Source of the DNA: Minisyncoccota bacterium
GTDB taxonomy: Bacteria > Patescibacteriota > Minisyncoccia > JBAYJV01
DNA length: 64,000 bases
Assembly (NCBI GenBank): GCA_041664925.1
Contig: JBAYJV010000001.1
Location: forward strand, 56,121 to 120,120
Direction of reading: 5' to 3'
The notes under the pieces were generated by a model. It was not told the DNA's origin. It searched no databases and worked only from the letters and a program-made list of their open reading frames with translations. Positions 30,003-39,812 of the stretch are shown piece after piece (within the stretch, counting starts at the first letter, position 1; each line of letters begins with the position of its first letter). A program made the position numbers and the translations under genes.

Positions 30003-30180
30003 GGAAATCACCTCGTATTAATTTTAACGCGTTTTTAAAAAAAGAAAAGAGCAAAAAACAAATTAAAAATTTAAAGTGCAAATTGTAAAATCAAAGTTTA
30101 AAATTTAAAGTTAGTCTTGAAGTCAAAATTCTTAACTTATAATTTTAATTTTGAACTTTTAACTTACTACTTTTAACTAA

Positions 30181-30204
30181 AAAACGGGGGTATGTCCCCG
30201 TTTT
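30181..30204. terminator. Bidirectional intrinsic terminator downstream of secF
   Basis: Perfect 10-bp stem aaaacggggg-tatg-tccccgtttt. Confidence 0.65.
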
Positions 30205-30243
30205 AGTAGTATAAATGTTCTGAATTATTAAACCGAAATAATT

Positions 30244-31152
30244 TTACGCCTTATGAGTTCTGTGTTTCCAATTTTCCCAGGTCACCAACAGGGCGCTTGC
30301 GATAAAGATTGAAGAATAAGTACCGAAGAAAATTCCAAAAATTAGCGCCAGAACAAAATCTTTTATTGTTTCACCGCCAAAAAACATAATCGCAACCAAA
30401 GCAAGTTCTGTTAGCAGTGAAGTATTGATTGACCTAATTAATGTCTGAGAAATGCTTCTATTAACAATCTCTTCAAATGTTTCTTTGGCGCTATGACCCA
30501 AGTTTTCTCTGATTCTATCAAAAACAACAATCGTGTCATGAACCGAATAACCAAAAATCGTCATCAAGGCAGCTACGAAAGGCAAGCCAACTTCAATATT
30601 TGAAAATCTACCCAAAATTGAAAAAATACCAGTAACAATCAGAAGATCATGAATCAAAGCAATAACTGCTGTCGTGCCGTATTTCCAAGATGCCACCGGC
30701 CAAGAAACTCTGCGAAAAGCCCAGGCAATATAACTAATGATACCGACAGCGCTCAGAAAAACTGCCCATAGAGTTTTACTCTTTAGTTCTCTTCCAACAA
30801 CCGGCCCAATCGAATCATATCTTTTTTCTTCAAGAGTTTGTTTTTTTGAGGTTGCTAGCGTTCTTAAATCTGTCAAAACTTTTTGATGAGTTGCTTCGTC
30901 AGATTGCTGGAAGCGTAACATAAAACTGTCATCTCCAACTGGCTGAATAATGAGACTTAATAATTTCTGACCTTCTAGTGCGTCTTTAATTTCTTGAACT
31001 GAAACTTCAGTCGTATTTGAAAATTTTACTTCAAGAAGACTACCACCAGTAAAATCAATACCGAACTTGAGCCCCCACATTGAAAGACTAACAATACTAA
31101 TGATTGAAAGAATTCCAGAAAAGATAAAGAATATTTTTCTATATTTAATCAT
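30244..31152 (-). CDS. secF: Protein translocase subunit SecF
   Basis: LKFGIDFTGGSLLEV and a SecF-type multi-TM C-terminal region. It overlaps secD by 8 nt. Confidence 0.9.
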   Translation of the reverse strand: MIKYRKIFFIFSGILSIISIVSLSMWGLKFGIDFTGGSLLEVKFSNTTEVSVQEIKDALEGQKLLSLIIQPVGDDSFMLRFQQSDEATHQKVLTDLRTLATSKKQTLEEKRYDSIGPVVGRELKSKTLWAVFLSAVGIISYIAWAFRRVSWPVASWKYGTTAVIALIHDLLIVTGIFSILGRFSNIEVGLPFVAALMTIFGYSVHDTIVVFDRIRENLGHSAKETFEEIVNRSISQTLIRSINTSLLTELALVAIMFFGGETIKDFVLALIFGIFFGTYSSIFIASALLVTWENWKHRTHKA

Positions 31153-32542
31153 GTTTTTTCACTGACCATAACCAATGAATATTTTTAAGACGCGTCTCTG
31201 CGACCAAGATTAAAAGTTGACGCGTAAAGGTAATCGCCGTAAACATTGAAGCAAGCACGCCAATACTGAAAGTCAGCGCAAATCCTCTAACAAAACTCAC
31301 TCCCACCCAATAGAGAATCGCTGCTGTAATCAAGCTTGAAATGTTGCTATCGCGAATCGAATTCCATGCTCTGTGAAAACCTTCGGTGATTGATCGGTCC
31401 AAGTCTTTGCCCAACTCTCGCTCCTCTTTCATTCTCGCAAAAATCAAAACATTTGCATCCACTGCCATGCCTAAGGTTAGAATAAATCCAGCAATACCAG
31501 GAAGAGTCAATGTGACCGGCACTAATTTAAACACTGCCAAAAGCAATGCCGCATAGACTGCCAGAGCGATAGTTGCCAGAACTCCGGGCAATCGATAGTA
31601 AAGAATCATGAATAATGCTATCAAAATGAATCCCAAAATTCCTGCTCTTAAACTTTTATCAAGAGAAATTTTTCCAAGACTTGCTCCAACTGTTTGTTGG
31701 CTAATGATTTTTATAGGAACAGGCAGGGCACCGGCATTCAGACTTCTTACCAATTCTTGCGCTTCGGCAACAGTAAATTTTCCGGTAATTCTGGCTTCTC
31801 CTGAAGGAATTTCTTCATTAACTGTCGGCACACTAATTGGGACGCCATCGAGATAAATCGCTACCCTCTTGCCAACATTTCTCTTTGTAATTTGGGCAAA
31901 CAATTTTGCGCCTTCGTCGTTGAGTTGGAATAAAATTTCTGGTTGTCCGGTTGTTTGATCGAATCTAACCTCAGAGTTTTTTAACATTCTTCCATCAAGA
32001 CCAGTTTGTATAAAATAAGGATCTTCGGTCAATCTTTGTCCTTCTTTCTGCGCCTCTAAAATCTTATCTCGTTCTGCTACCGGCCTTTCTTCTTTAAATT
32101 CCAAATATGGCGTTTGACCAATCATCTGGATTGCCTGAGAGATATCATTAACACCAGCCAATTCAACAATCAAACGATGATTGCCTCCCGACATATCAAC
32201 TTGCACCAAGGGCTCAGCGACACCGAAAAGGTTAACGCGGCGTTCAATAACATCACGAACACCAACCAAAGCCTGATCTTGATCGGCAGCCGCAATATTT
32301 TTCATGTCGGCTTCATAAACTAAGTGAGCTCCACCCTGCAGATCTAGTCCTAATTTAAATGGTTTATTATAAAAATGGCGAAATTCACGACCAAAAACTC
32401 CATTGGGCAATGCCTTATTTAGATCGTCGGCTGTTTTATCCCAAGCATTGGGAAAATCGAAATTAGCTGCTAAAAAAGTGATAATAAAAATTGCAATAAC
32501 GGCCAGACGAACCTTTGTCCTTGTAGATAACGACTTAAACAT
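31145..32542 (-). CDS. secD: Protein translocase subunit SecD
   Basis: LGLDLQGGAHLVYEAD periplasmic domain and SecD TM bundle motifs. Confidence 0.9.
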   Translation of the reverse strand: MFKSLSTRTKVRLAVIAIFIITFLAANFDFPNAWDKTADDLNKALPNGVFGREFRHFYNKPFKLGLDLQGGAHLVYEADMKNIAAADQDQALVGVRDVIERRVNLFGVAEPLVQVDMSGGNHRLIVELAGVNDISQAIQMIGQTPYLEFKEERPVAERDKILEAQKEGQRLTEDPYFIQTGLDGRMLKNSEVRFDQTTGQPEILFQLNDEGAKLFAQITKRNVGKRVAIYLDGVPISVPTVNEEIPSGEARITGKFTVAEAQELVRSLNAGALPVPIKIISQQTVGASLGKISLDKSLRAGILGFILIALFMILYYRLPGVLATIALAVYAALLLAVFKLVPVTLTLPGIAGFILTLGMAVDANVLIFARMKEERELGKDLDRSITEGFHRAWNSIRDSNISSLITAAILYWVGVSFVRGFALTFSIGVLASMFTAITFTRQLLILVAETRLKNIHWLWSVKKHD

Positions 32543-32694
32543 GTTAATTTAATGAAATTATGAAAATTAATACTTCAAAAATTGGTGACTAAAAATCATT
32601 TATCCATATTACCACTAATTTTTCTTTTTTCAAATATCTTATAGTTCTTAACAAAAAAAGAGGGAGATGAACGGGGCATCTCCCTTTTAACTGC

Positions 32695-33858
32695 TTACAG
32701 AATCTCTAGAATAGACAACTGAAGCGATGCTATTCTAGTTTCATCAAGAGAATCATGAACGGGCATTTCCTCAATAGCTTCCAGAGCTCGATTGATATCT
32801 TGTCGATTCCCAGTAAGTTCTGCTATATCGACAAGAGCGTTTGCTCGCTCATTTTGAGACACGAAATGATCGTGGAAGCGTTCTTTGAAAATGCCTTTCA
32901 CTTTAGTAATATCTCTCTTGTCCTTGCTTATTCTAGCAATTGCAACCCATGCTGCAAAGTAAGGATACAAACCAGTATATACTTTGCAGATTCGATCAGT
33001 TAACTCTCTCGCTCTTTCAATGTCGCCAAATTCTGATAAAACCGTAATGACTTCCACATATAATCGTTCACGTTCGTCTCCACTTTCGACCGTAATAAGA
33101 TCTAAAGCGCAATCAATATCATCCTTGTTCTTGCTTACTTGTGCAATTCCTAACATTTTTCTGACTTCATCCTCTATAGAAAACCCGAAAATACTTATTC
33201 CGGTTTTAGACATAACAACTTTTCTTGCCTTATCAATATCTTTCTCTGTTTTAGTTATTGATGCGACCGCGCAATCAAGGCCGAATTGACTGCCAATTTT
33301 GCGCACTTCTTCAACCATGCCCAGCTCAAATAAACTTTCCATAAGCGCAATGAGGGCAATGCGACCATCGCGATCTTTTAAGGTATCTTTGTCTGACTCT
33401 TTGATTATTGAAAGCGCCTTATCTAAATATGCCCTATCTTTGGTCAATTTTGCCATTTTAGCAAACAGCTCTATTCTTGCACTTACTACTAATTCTGAGA
33501 TTCTATCATTTACTGTAATGTCAGCAAAATTCTTTCGAGCCGCTTCAATATCTTTCTTGTTTTGAGTTGCTTCGGCCAATTCTATTAAGACCAAACTTTT
33601 AGAGAACAAATCTTCATCATCAGAAATAAACTCGCGAGCTTTGTCGAATTGATTGGTTTTAATCAAATACCTGAAAATCCTTAACTGGCCCAATGATGCG
33701 CTACGCTTAACGACTCTGTCGAAAAGTTTCTGTTTCAGAATTACCAAAGACCTTTCTTTGGCATTACCAATGACCTCTGTTATGTAATCCGCGGTAACAT
33801 GACCAAGCCCCACTTGTCTAAAGAACTCCCTGTACTGCCCGCTTGTCGGTTCGGACAT
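32695..33858 (-). CDS. Alpha-helical repeat protein (TPR/HEAT-like), hypothetical
   Basis: Recurrent ~35-aa helical repeats of the form KDIxxAxxxxxxI. No catalytic motif. Confidence 0.45.
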   Translation of the reverse strand: MSEPTSGQYREFFRQVGLGHVTADYITEVIGNAKERSLVILKQKLFDRVVKRSASLGQLRIFRYLIKTNQFDKAREFISDDEDLFSKSLVLIELAEATQNKKDIEAARKNFADITVNDRISELVVSARIELFAKMAKLTKDRAYLDKALSIIKESDKDTLKDRDGRIALIALMESLFELGMVEEVRKIGSQFGLDCAVASITKTEKDIDKARKVVMSKTGISIFGFSIEDEVRKMLGIAQVSKNKDDIDCALDLITVESGDERERLYVEVITVLSEFGDIERARELTDRICKVYTGLYPYFAAWVAIARISKDKRDITKVKGIFKERFHDHFVSQNERANALVDIAELTGNRQDINRALEAIEEMPVHDSLDETRIASLQLSILEIL

Positions 33859-34043
33859 TTCTGTCTCCTGTTTTTCTGCGCCTTGGTATTAAGATGCCTC
33901 ATCTGTGACGCGTCCCGTTAACACGCCAAAGCATGACATCTTGACTATAGCGACGCAGCTATTTGAAACCTATCACTTTTTATATTGATTGTCAATACAA
34001 AAGAAGAACATCGCTGTTCTTCTTCTTTTGTTTTTCTAATTTA

Positions 34044-35336
34044 TTAAATTCCTTTTCTCGCTTTTTTTAAATTCATTTCTCTCGCCAAGCGTTCAATCGC
34101 TTTTACATAAGCGGCATGCCTGAAACTGATTCTTCTGTCTTCAGCGATTTTTTTCATATCTTGATATGCATCAATCAGCATTTTTTCTGCGCGGGTCAAA
34201 ACTTCGGTCTCTGACCAATATGAGCCCTCAAGATTTTGAAACCACTCCAAATAACTCACCATCACTCCGCCAGCATTTGCTAAAATATCAGGAATTACCA
34301 AAATTCCCTTTTCTTCTAAAATTTTATCCGCTTCAGCCGTTACCGGACCGTTTGCCATTTCAAGGACAATTTTTGCTTTTATTCTATCGGCATTATGTTC
34401 GTTGATTTGTCCTTCAATCGCTGCGGGAATCAAAATATCAACTTCTTTTTCTAAAAGCTCGTTATTAGAAATAAGCTGAGCGCCGCTCGCAACCGAACAA
34501 GATGATTCGGTGCAGTAACATTTAGTTACCGTGCCACTTTTTTTAACGCATTTTTGAATCATATCAGGATCAAATTTTTTGTCTTTATAGCTTGCCTCAA
34601 TTCCACCCTTAGCATCAGAGATTGCGACAATGCGGAAGCCAGCTTTTTTCAAAATTTGCGCAATATTTCCGCCAACATTGCCAAAACCTTGGATCGCCAC
34701 TGTCGGTGAAGTTTTTAAAAGTTTTGGATAATAATCTTTAATAACTTCTCTTAAAATGACCGCTCCGCCATAAGCTGTCGAAATATCACGCCCCTTAGAT
34801 CCGCCAATTTTTACCGGCTTTCCTGTGAATGATGCTGGCACAAATTCCCCTTTTAATTTTGAATATTCATCAACCATCCACGCCATAATTTGAGGATTAG
34901 TATTAACATCAGGGGCAGGAACATCGACATGCGGTCCAATAAAATTAAACATCGCTTTAATGTATCCTCTTGACAATTCTTCAAGTTCATGTTTTGAAAG
35001 TTTCGCTGGATCAACCTGAATTCCACCCTTGGCTCCACCGAAAGGAAGTCCGGCAAGCGATGTTTTCCATGTCATAATCGAGGCCAATGCCTTTACTTCT
35101 TCTAAATTAACTTGCGGTGAAAATCTGATGCCTCCTTTATATGGTCCTAAAACATTCGAATGCTGAACTCTGAAAGAAGGAAACATTTTTACTTCTCCAT
35201 TGTCCATCTCAACAGGAATTGAAAAATGCAAAATGCGATTCGGCGATTGGAGCTGTTCTAAAACCCTTGTTTCGAGTCTTAAAATTGTCGCTGCCTCATT
35301 AATAAATTTCTGAGTATTGTCTAAAAATCCATTCAT
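34044..35336 (-). CDS. gdhA: Glutamate dehydrogenase (Glu/Leu/Phe/Val dehydrogenase family)
   Basis: KGGIRFSPQVNLEEVKALASIMTWKTSLAGLPFGGAKGGI and a GFGNVG dinucleotide-binding motif. Confidence 0.9.
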   Translation of the reverse strand: MNGFLDNTQKFINEAATILRLETRVLEQLQSPNRILHFSIPVEMDNGEVKMFPSFRVQHSNVLGPYKGGIRFSPQVNLEEVKALASIMTWKTSLAGLPFGGAKGGIQVDPAKLSKHELEELSRGYIKAMFNFIGPHVDVPAPDVNTNPQIMAWMVDEYSKLKGEFVPASFTGKPVKIGGSKGRDISTAYGGAVILREVIKDYYPKLLKTSPTVAIQGFGNVGGNIAQILKKAGFRIVAISDAKGGIEASYKDKKFDPDMIQKCVKKSGTVTKCYCTESSCSVASGAQLISNNELLEKEVDILIPAAIEGQINEHNADRIKAKIVLEMANGPVTAEADKILEEKGILVIPDILANAGGVMVSYLEWFQNLEGSYWSETEVLTRAEKMLIDAYQDMKKIAEDRRISFRHAAYVKAIERLAREMNLKKARKGI

Positions 35337-35337
35337 A

Positions 35338-36294
35338 TTATTTTTGAGTTAAATAATCAAGAGCGCTTAAAAGAGCAATTGTTCCTGCGCCAGAAGCAAT
35401 TGAAATTTGTCGATAGGGTAGATCAGTTACATCACCAGCTGCAAAAAGTCCCGGAAATTGGGTCTTTCCAAATTTATCAGTCACAACTTCTCCTCTTTCA
35501 TCCAACACCCCCAGGTCTTTATTTATAAAATCAGTATTTGCCGTAAGCCCAACATAGACAAAAGCTCCTTCCACTTCAATTTCTTTCTTTTCACCGGATA
35601 CGAGATTTTCATATCGAATACCCTTTAATAAACTTTCGCCAAAAAATTCTGTTGTTTTAACTTGGTGGATAATTTCAATATTTCCTAAACTTTTAACTTT
35701 ATCAATATGAGTCTTTTCTCCTTTCATCGCCTCTCCAATTGTCAAAATATAAACTTTACTAGCGATTAAAGAAAGAGAGAGGGCCGCTTTTAAAGCAGAA
35801 TTTCCTCCACCGATAACAGCGACATTTTTTCTTTTAAAAATTGGCCCATCGCAAGTTTCGCAATAACTCACGCCTTTATTAGAAAATTCTTTTTCTCCGG
35901 GAATTTCTAATTTCTTATGCCTTGCCCCGGAAGCCACAATAACTGTTTTTGTTTCGTATTCTTTATCGTTGATTTTGACTAAAAATCCTTCACCCTTTTT
36001 TGTTAATTCAGAAACTTTCCCTAAAACAACTTCGGGGCTATTGCTCCTGAAATGTTCCTCAAACTTTTTTGCAAGTTCCAGTCCCGAAATCGAACTAAAT
36101 CCCATATAATTTTCCATCAGACCAACCCGAGCAGCATTTCCTCCAATATTTTCTGAAACAACCAAAAATTTCAGCCCCGATCTTGAAGCATAAATCGCAG
36201 CTGACATTCCTGCTGCCGAAGCGCCGATTATAATTAAATCAAACATAGATATTAGCTTAAAGCTTAAAGCGCAAAGCTCAAAACAACAACTCAA
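35338..36294 (-). CDS. trxB: Thioredoxin-disulfide reductase
   Basis: FAD motif IIIGASAAGMSAA, a redox CETC pair, and an NAD(P) motif VIGGGNSA. Confidence 0.85.
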   Translation of the reverse strand: MSCCFELCALSFKLISMFDLIIIGASAAGMSAAIYASRSGLKFLVVSENIGGNAARVGLMENYMGFSSISGLELAKKFEEHFRSNSPEVVLGKVSELTKKGEGFLVKINDKEYETKTVIVASGARHKKLEIPGEKEFSNKGVSYCETCDGPIFKRKNVAVIGGGNSALKAALSLSLIASKVYILTIGEAMKGEKTHIDKVKSLGNIEIIHQVKTTEFFGESLLKGIRYENLVSGEKKEIEVEGAFVYVGLTANTDFINKDLGVLDERGEVVTDKFGKTQFPGLFAAGDVTDLPYRQISIASGAGTIALLSALDYLTQK

Positions 36295-36341
36295 AAATCA
36301 AAACTAAAAAACTTTGAGTTTTAGGCTTTAGTTTTAAGTTT

Positions 36342-36361
36342 TAACATTTGCCTGCCTGCCG
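36342..36361. repeat. 20-nt hairpin repeat cctgcctgccggtaggcagg (family member)
   Basis: Near-perfect palindrome. Other members lie at 36816-36835, 36880-36899, 39775-39793, 41410-41429, 57368-57387 and 61034-61054. Confidence 0.6.
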
Positions 36362-36470
36362 GTAGGCAGGAATTTAAATATTTAAATCCGAATGACCGAA
36401 ACTGTTTTAGATTTAGAATTTTTAGAATTAGATATTGTTTCGTATTTCGTACTTCGAATTTCGTGCTTAA

Positions 36471-36707
36471 TTAGTCTATCCCCAACAACTCCTTAATTCT
36501 TTCCTCATTAAAGCCAATTACAATTTCCCCTTCAATATCAATCACCGGCACTCCTAGTTGACCAGTCTTTTTTATCATTTCTTCTCTAGCCGCATCGTCT
36601 GAAGAAACATCTTTGGCTTCAAATTCAACATGACTGCTCTTTAAAAACTCCTTTACAATAACACAATACGGACAAGTCGGCGTCGAATAAACAATAACTT
36701 TTTTCAT
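36471..36707 (-). CDS. Glutaredoxin-like protein (CPYC)
   Basis: VIVYSTPTCPYCVIVKEFL. 78 aa. Confidence 0.7.
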   Translation of the reverse strand: MKKVIVYSTPTCPYCVIVKEFLKSSHVEFEAKDVSSDDAAREEMIKKTGQLGVPVIDIEGEIVIGFNEERIKELLGID

Positions 36708-36857
36708 TATAGTAAAATCTACAAATATATTCTATTCTAATCTTTTTTTATCCTTAAATCAAACCCCGTGATTTTACAATATTTATTTGCTTGCCCGTCC
36801 GTAGTCCCGGCATGCCCTGCCTACCGGCAGGCAGGATTGACCCGTTAAAACGAAATA

Positions 36858-36995
36858 AATATCCTCCTTCGTCCCTTGGCCTGCCTATCGGTAGACAGGG
36901 CTACGGAAGGATTATTGATTGCATATTTCTTCACTTCGTTCAGAAACGCAATCAATAAAAAAGAAGGGGGGTACCGCTCTGGTACCCCCTCTCGT
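36858..36995 (-). other. Composite 3' module of gene 37003..37653: terminator, then the 11-bp inverted repeat ttattgattgc...gcaatcaataa, then a structured motif AUCCUUCCGUAG-hairpin-CGAAGGAGGAU
   Basis: The same three-part arrangement occurs at 55811-55918 downstream of 55924..56232. Confidence 0.5.
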
Positions 36996-37002
36996 AAAAG
37001 CT

Positions 37003-37653
37003 CTACGCCTTTACGAGACGAACCTCGCCATCCTGCACTCGCAGGTGGCACTTTGCTTTCACGGCCACCGGCCCATCGCCGATTTTCTGGCCGTTCTCAT
37101 CCTTCAGCCATTCCATCGCTGGTCGAGGAGGCCGATTTTGCTCAATCACGCGAAGCGGCTTGCGCGCTTCACAGTTGATACTTAGTGAAGCGGCACCAGC
37201 AACCTCCTCTTCGTCTTTGAAGAACGGGTTTCGGAAAGCCCTGACGCGCCAGAGCGCTTCCCTGAAGATATTCCGCAGCTCTGCGTAGATCAGGTGCTTA
37301 ACCCGATCAAATCCCTCGTTCGCCTGAAGATCTTCTTGGCGAACGAAGACGAATCGCGCCATCCAGTAGAACTGACCTTTTTGCTTTCCATGCGGTCTCT
37401 TCTGACAGATCGCGCTTACAAGAGCGAACCCCGCTTCTTCCAGATCGCTGACGAATTGATCTAGAGAGCAATTCATGTCTTCGACCGGCTCGATGATCAT
37501 CGTGCCGTTCGCCCGAACCTTCCTTTCTACTCTCTCTTCGGGTTGCTCTTTCTCGTCAACGTCAATCCACTTTGGAAGGACATTGGGATTTGAGAAGCTA
37601 ACCTGAACCATGACCAACTTCACTGACCCATCAAGCAACGTTCCTGAAGACAC
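37003..37653 (-). CDS. Hypothetical protein (~216 aa from the GTG start), GC-rich island gene
   Basis: Perfect TTGACT-N17-TATAAT promoter at 37714-37741. AAGGAGG sits 5 nt before the GTG at 37653. Terminator gggggtaccagagcggtacccccc plus T-run. Confidence 0.45.
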   Translation of the reverse strand: MSSGTLLDGSVKLVMVQVSFSNPNVLPKWIDVDEKEQPEERVERKVRANGTMIIEPVEDMNCSLDQFVSDLEEAGFALVSAICQKRPHGKQKGQFYWMARFVFVRQEDLQANEGFDRVKHLIYAELRNIFREALWRVRAFRNPFFKDEEEVAGAASLSINCEARKPLRVIEQNRPPRPAMEWLKDENGQKIGDGPVAVKAKCHLRVQDGEVRLVKA

Positions 37654-37713
37654 TTGCGCCTCCTTGTGATGGCTTGTATGAAGAGAACTAGCTAACCTTC
37701 TTTTCACTATCCA

Positions 37714-37741
37714 TTATAGCATATTTGACATTGAAAGTCAA
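37714..37741 (-). promoter_or_regulatory. Consensus sigma70 promoter for 37003..37653
   Basis: Minus strand reads ttgactttcaatgtcaaatatgctataatgg. Confidence 0.6.
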
Positions 37742-37869
37742 TATTTCATGCCTCAGCGCAAGCTTTTTATGCCTTTTTTTGTGTAATTTTAAGAAAACAA
37801 AAAAATACAGAGATAATTCCCTGTTTTTTTAACACCAATAGTTGATAGTCGAAAATTGAAAATTGAAAA

Positions 37870-38436
37870 TTAAAATCTTAGCTTGTCTAAGATTTTATTC
37901 ATGTCTTCGTCTTTTTTTGGATCAATTCTGACATAATCATCATTGTCGTGGGGCAAATTGGTGATTGCTAAAACTTCGGCTTTTTTGTCAGTCAAAGGAT
38001 AGAAAACATGATAAACGCCTTGGGGCACTAAAATTTGTGCCATTGATTCTGGAAGAAAATAACCATCGACATCTTGAATATTAATATTTTCGTCTTTTTC
38101 TCCAGCTAAAACAGTAAAGGTTTTTCCTTTTGTTTTTGAATCATCCCTAAAATCCTTAAATATCCAAAGACAAGTCCCGGACAGAGTATAAAAATGTTCT
38201 ATAAGTTTATGATGATAGTGACCGCCACGAGCGACACCTTTTTGGGTAGCGGTAGAGCTATAAACATTCCCAATTTTTCCGTTTATTAACTCATTATCGT
38301 TTCCACCCGGCGCAATTTCATACAAATAACCGCGCTCATCCCCAACAACTTTGTTGAGCTTTATCACTAGACCATCAATATTAGTATAAATAATATTCAT
38401 TAAAATCCGAAGCACGAAATCAGAAATCCGAAACAA
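37870..38436 (-). CDS. Cupin-fold sugar nucleotide epimerase/isomerase (RmlC/FdtA-like)
   Basis: ARGGHYHH motif and cupin length. Adjacent to rmlB. Confidence 0.5.
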   Translation of the reverse strand: MFRISDFVLRILMNIIYTNIDGLVIKLNKVVGDERGYLYEIAPGGNDNELINGKIGNVYSSTATQKGVARGGHYHHKLIEHFYTLSGTCLWIFKDFRDDSKTKGKTFTVLAGEKDENINIQDVDGYFLPESMAQILVPQGVYHVFYPLTDKKAEVLAITNLPHDNDDYVRIDPKKDEDMNKILDKLRF

Positions 38437-38535
38437 TATTTAATTTTCAAAATCATAAATTCAAAACTGTTTCGATCATTTGGATTTAAATATTTGAATT
38501 TGTTTCGAATTTCGAAATTCGAATTTCGAGTTTAA
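38401..38535. repeat. ~130-bp AT-rich element with inverted ends (cgaaatcagaaatccgaaacaa ... ttgtttcgaatttcg)
   Basis: Related copies at 47521-47650 and 60915-61085. Half copies at 36395-36470 and 46325-46400. Confidence 0.55.
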
Positions 38536-38539
38536 AAAT

Positions 38540-39733
38540 CTATGATTTTTTAATGTGTACATTAAATCCTTCTCCTCTCTTTTTTATCCCTTCTACCCAC
38601 CATTGATTATTCAAATACCAATCAACGACATCAGGAAGAGTTGATTCAAAAATTTTAGTCGGCGTCCATTTGAGATGCTGATTAATTTTTGTTGTATCGA
38701 TAGAATAACGGCGATCATGACCCGGCCGTTCATCGACAAAAATAATGAGATTATCTTTTCTGCCCAAGATTTTTAGGATTGCTCTTGCCACATCAATATT
38801 GTGCCTTTCTTGGTTGGCGCCAATATTATAGACTTCTCCCGGAACGCCATTCTGTAAAATATTATCAATCGCTACGCAATGATCTTCTACAAAAATCCAA
38901 TCTCGCATATGCATCCCATCGCCATACAGAGGAACTTTTTCATTCGCCATTGCTCGATAAAGAAAGAAAGGAATCATTTTTTCGGGAAATTGGTACGGAC
39001 CATAATTGTTTGAGCAATGAGTGACAATCACGGGAACTTTATGAGTTTTAAAATACGCTCGACACATTAAATCTCCGCCCGCCTTGGCAGCTGCATAAGG
39101 AACATTGGGCGCAAACGGACTGTCTTCTTTAAAATGCCTGTCCTCATCTAAATCAACTGAACCAAAAGTTTCGTCTGTAGAGATTTGAATAAATTTTTTC
39201 GTGCCAAACTTTTTTACCGCTTCAAGAATAGTATGAACACCGATAACATTCGTCATTAGAAATTCTCTTGCTCCGCCATGAATACTTCTGTCGACATGAG
39301 TCTCTGCGGCAAAGTTAATGACAAAATCTGGCTTTTCTTTTAAAAATACTTCATCTATTTTTTTGTCGTCAGCAATATCCCCTTGAATAAATTTATAATG
39401 CGGATTGTTTTCAAGACCTTTTAAATTATCAAGATTTCCCGCATAAGTTAATTTGTCATAATTTATAACATTATAATTAGGATATTTTCTGAGAATATAG
39501 TGAACAAAATTACTGCCAATAAAACCAGCGCCGCCGCAAACAAGAAGCTTGGTTTTTGTTCCGCCTGTCTTATGAAAATATTCAAAAATCTGATCTTTTG
39601 TTAATTCAGTAACAACCGCCAATTCATCCAGGCTCATTTTCCCTTCCTGATATAAATCAAAAAACTTTTTAAGTTTTTTTAGATAAATTTCAGAATGTTT
39701 TTTTGTTTTTGACTGTTTTTTCTTCTCTTTCAT
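38540..39733 (-). CDS. rfbB: dTDP-glucose 4,6-dehydratase with a ~60 aa N-terminal extension
   Basis: LLVCGGAGFIGSNFVHYIL Rossmann motif and an SDR-extended catalytic region. Confidence 0.8.
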   Translation of the reverse strand: MKEKKKQSKTKKHSEIYLKKLKKFFDLYQEGKMSLDELAVVTELTKDQIFEYFHKTGGTKTKLLVCGGAGFIGSNFVHYILRKYPNYNVINYDKLTYAGNLDNLKGLENNPHYKFIQGDIADDKKIDEVFLKEKPDFVINFAAETHVDRSIHGGAREFLMTNVIGVHTILEAVKKFGTKKFIQISTDETFGSVDLDEDRHFKEDSPFAPNVPYAAAKAGGDLMCRAYFKTHKVPVIVTHCSNNYGPYQFPEKMIPFFLYRAMANEKVPLYGDGMHMRDWIFVEDHCVAIDNILQNGVPGEVYNIGANQERHNIDVARAILKILGRKDNLIIFVDERPGHDRRYSIDTTKINQHLKWTPTKIFESTLPDVVDWYLNNQWWVEGIKKRGEGFNVHIKKS

Positions 39734-39812
39734 TTATTGAAAATTTTAAATTATGAATTCTTCCAAAATTTTGCCCGCCTACCGGCAGGCAGGCATTTTG
39801 CACTTTTAATTT

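Larger units (their letters stand above)
28601..30020 (-). other. Dense array of about 16 SD-preceded micro-ORFs (6-49 aa), minus strand, in two transcription-unit-like modules
   Basis: On the minus strand, AAGGAGG or GGAGG sits 5-9 nt before an ATG at least 11 times. The peptides are listed in the finding. Both modules end with the same peptide pair and terminator. Confidence 0.55.

Noticed and set aside
28560-30025. The plus strand of the micro-ORF region is rich in CCTCCTT and GATCACCTC strings that resemble the 16S rRNA 3' end (anti-SD)
   Set aside because: They are the reverse complements of AAGGAGG sites. Each is followed at 5-9 nt on the minus strand by an ATG and a short closed frame, and both modules end in minus-strand terminators. 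That makes minus-strand translation signals the simpler reading. A plus-strand anti-SD-rich RNA cannot be fully excluded without expression data.
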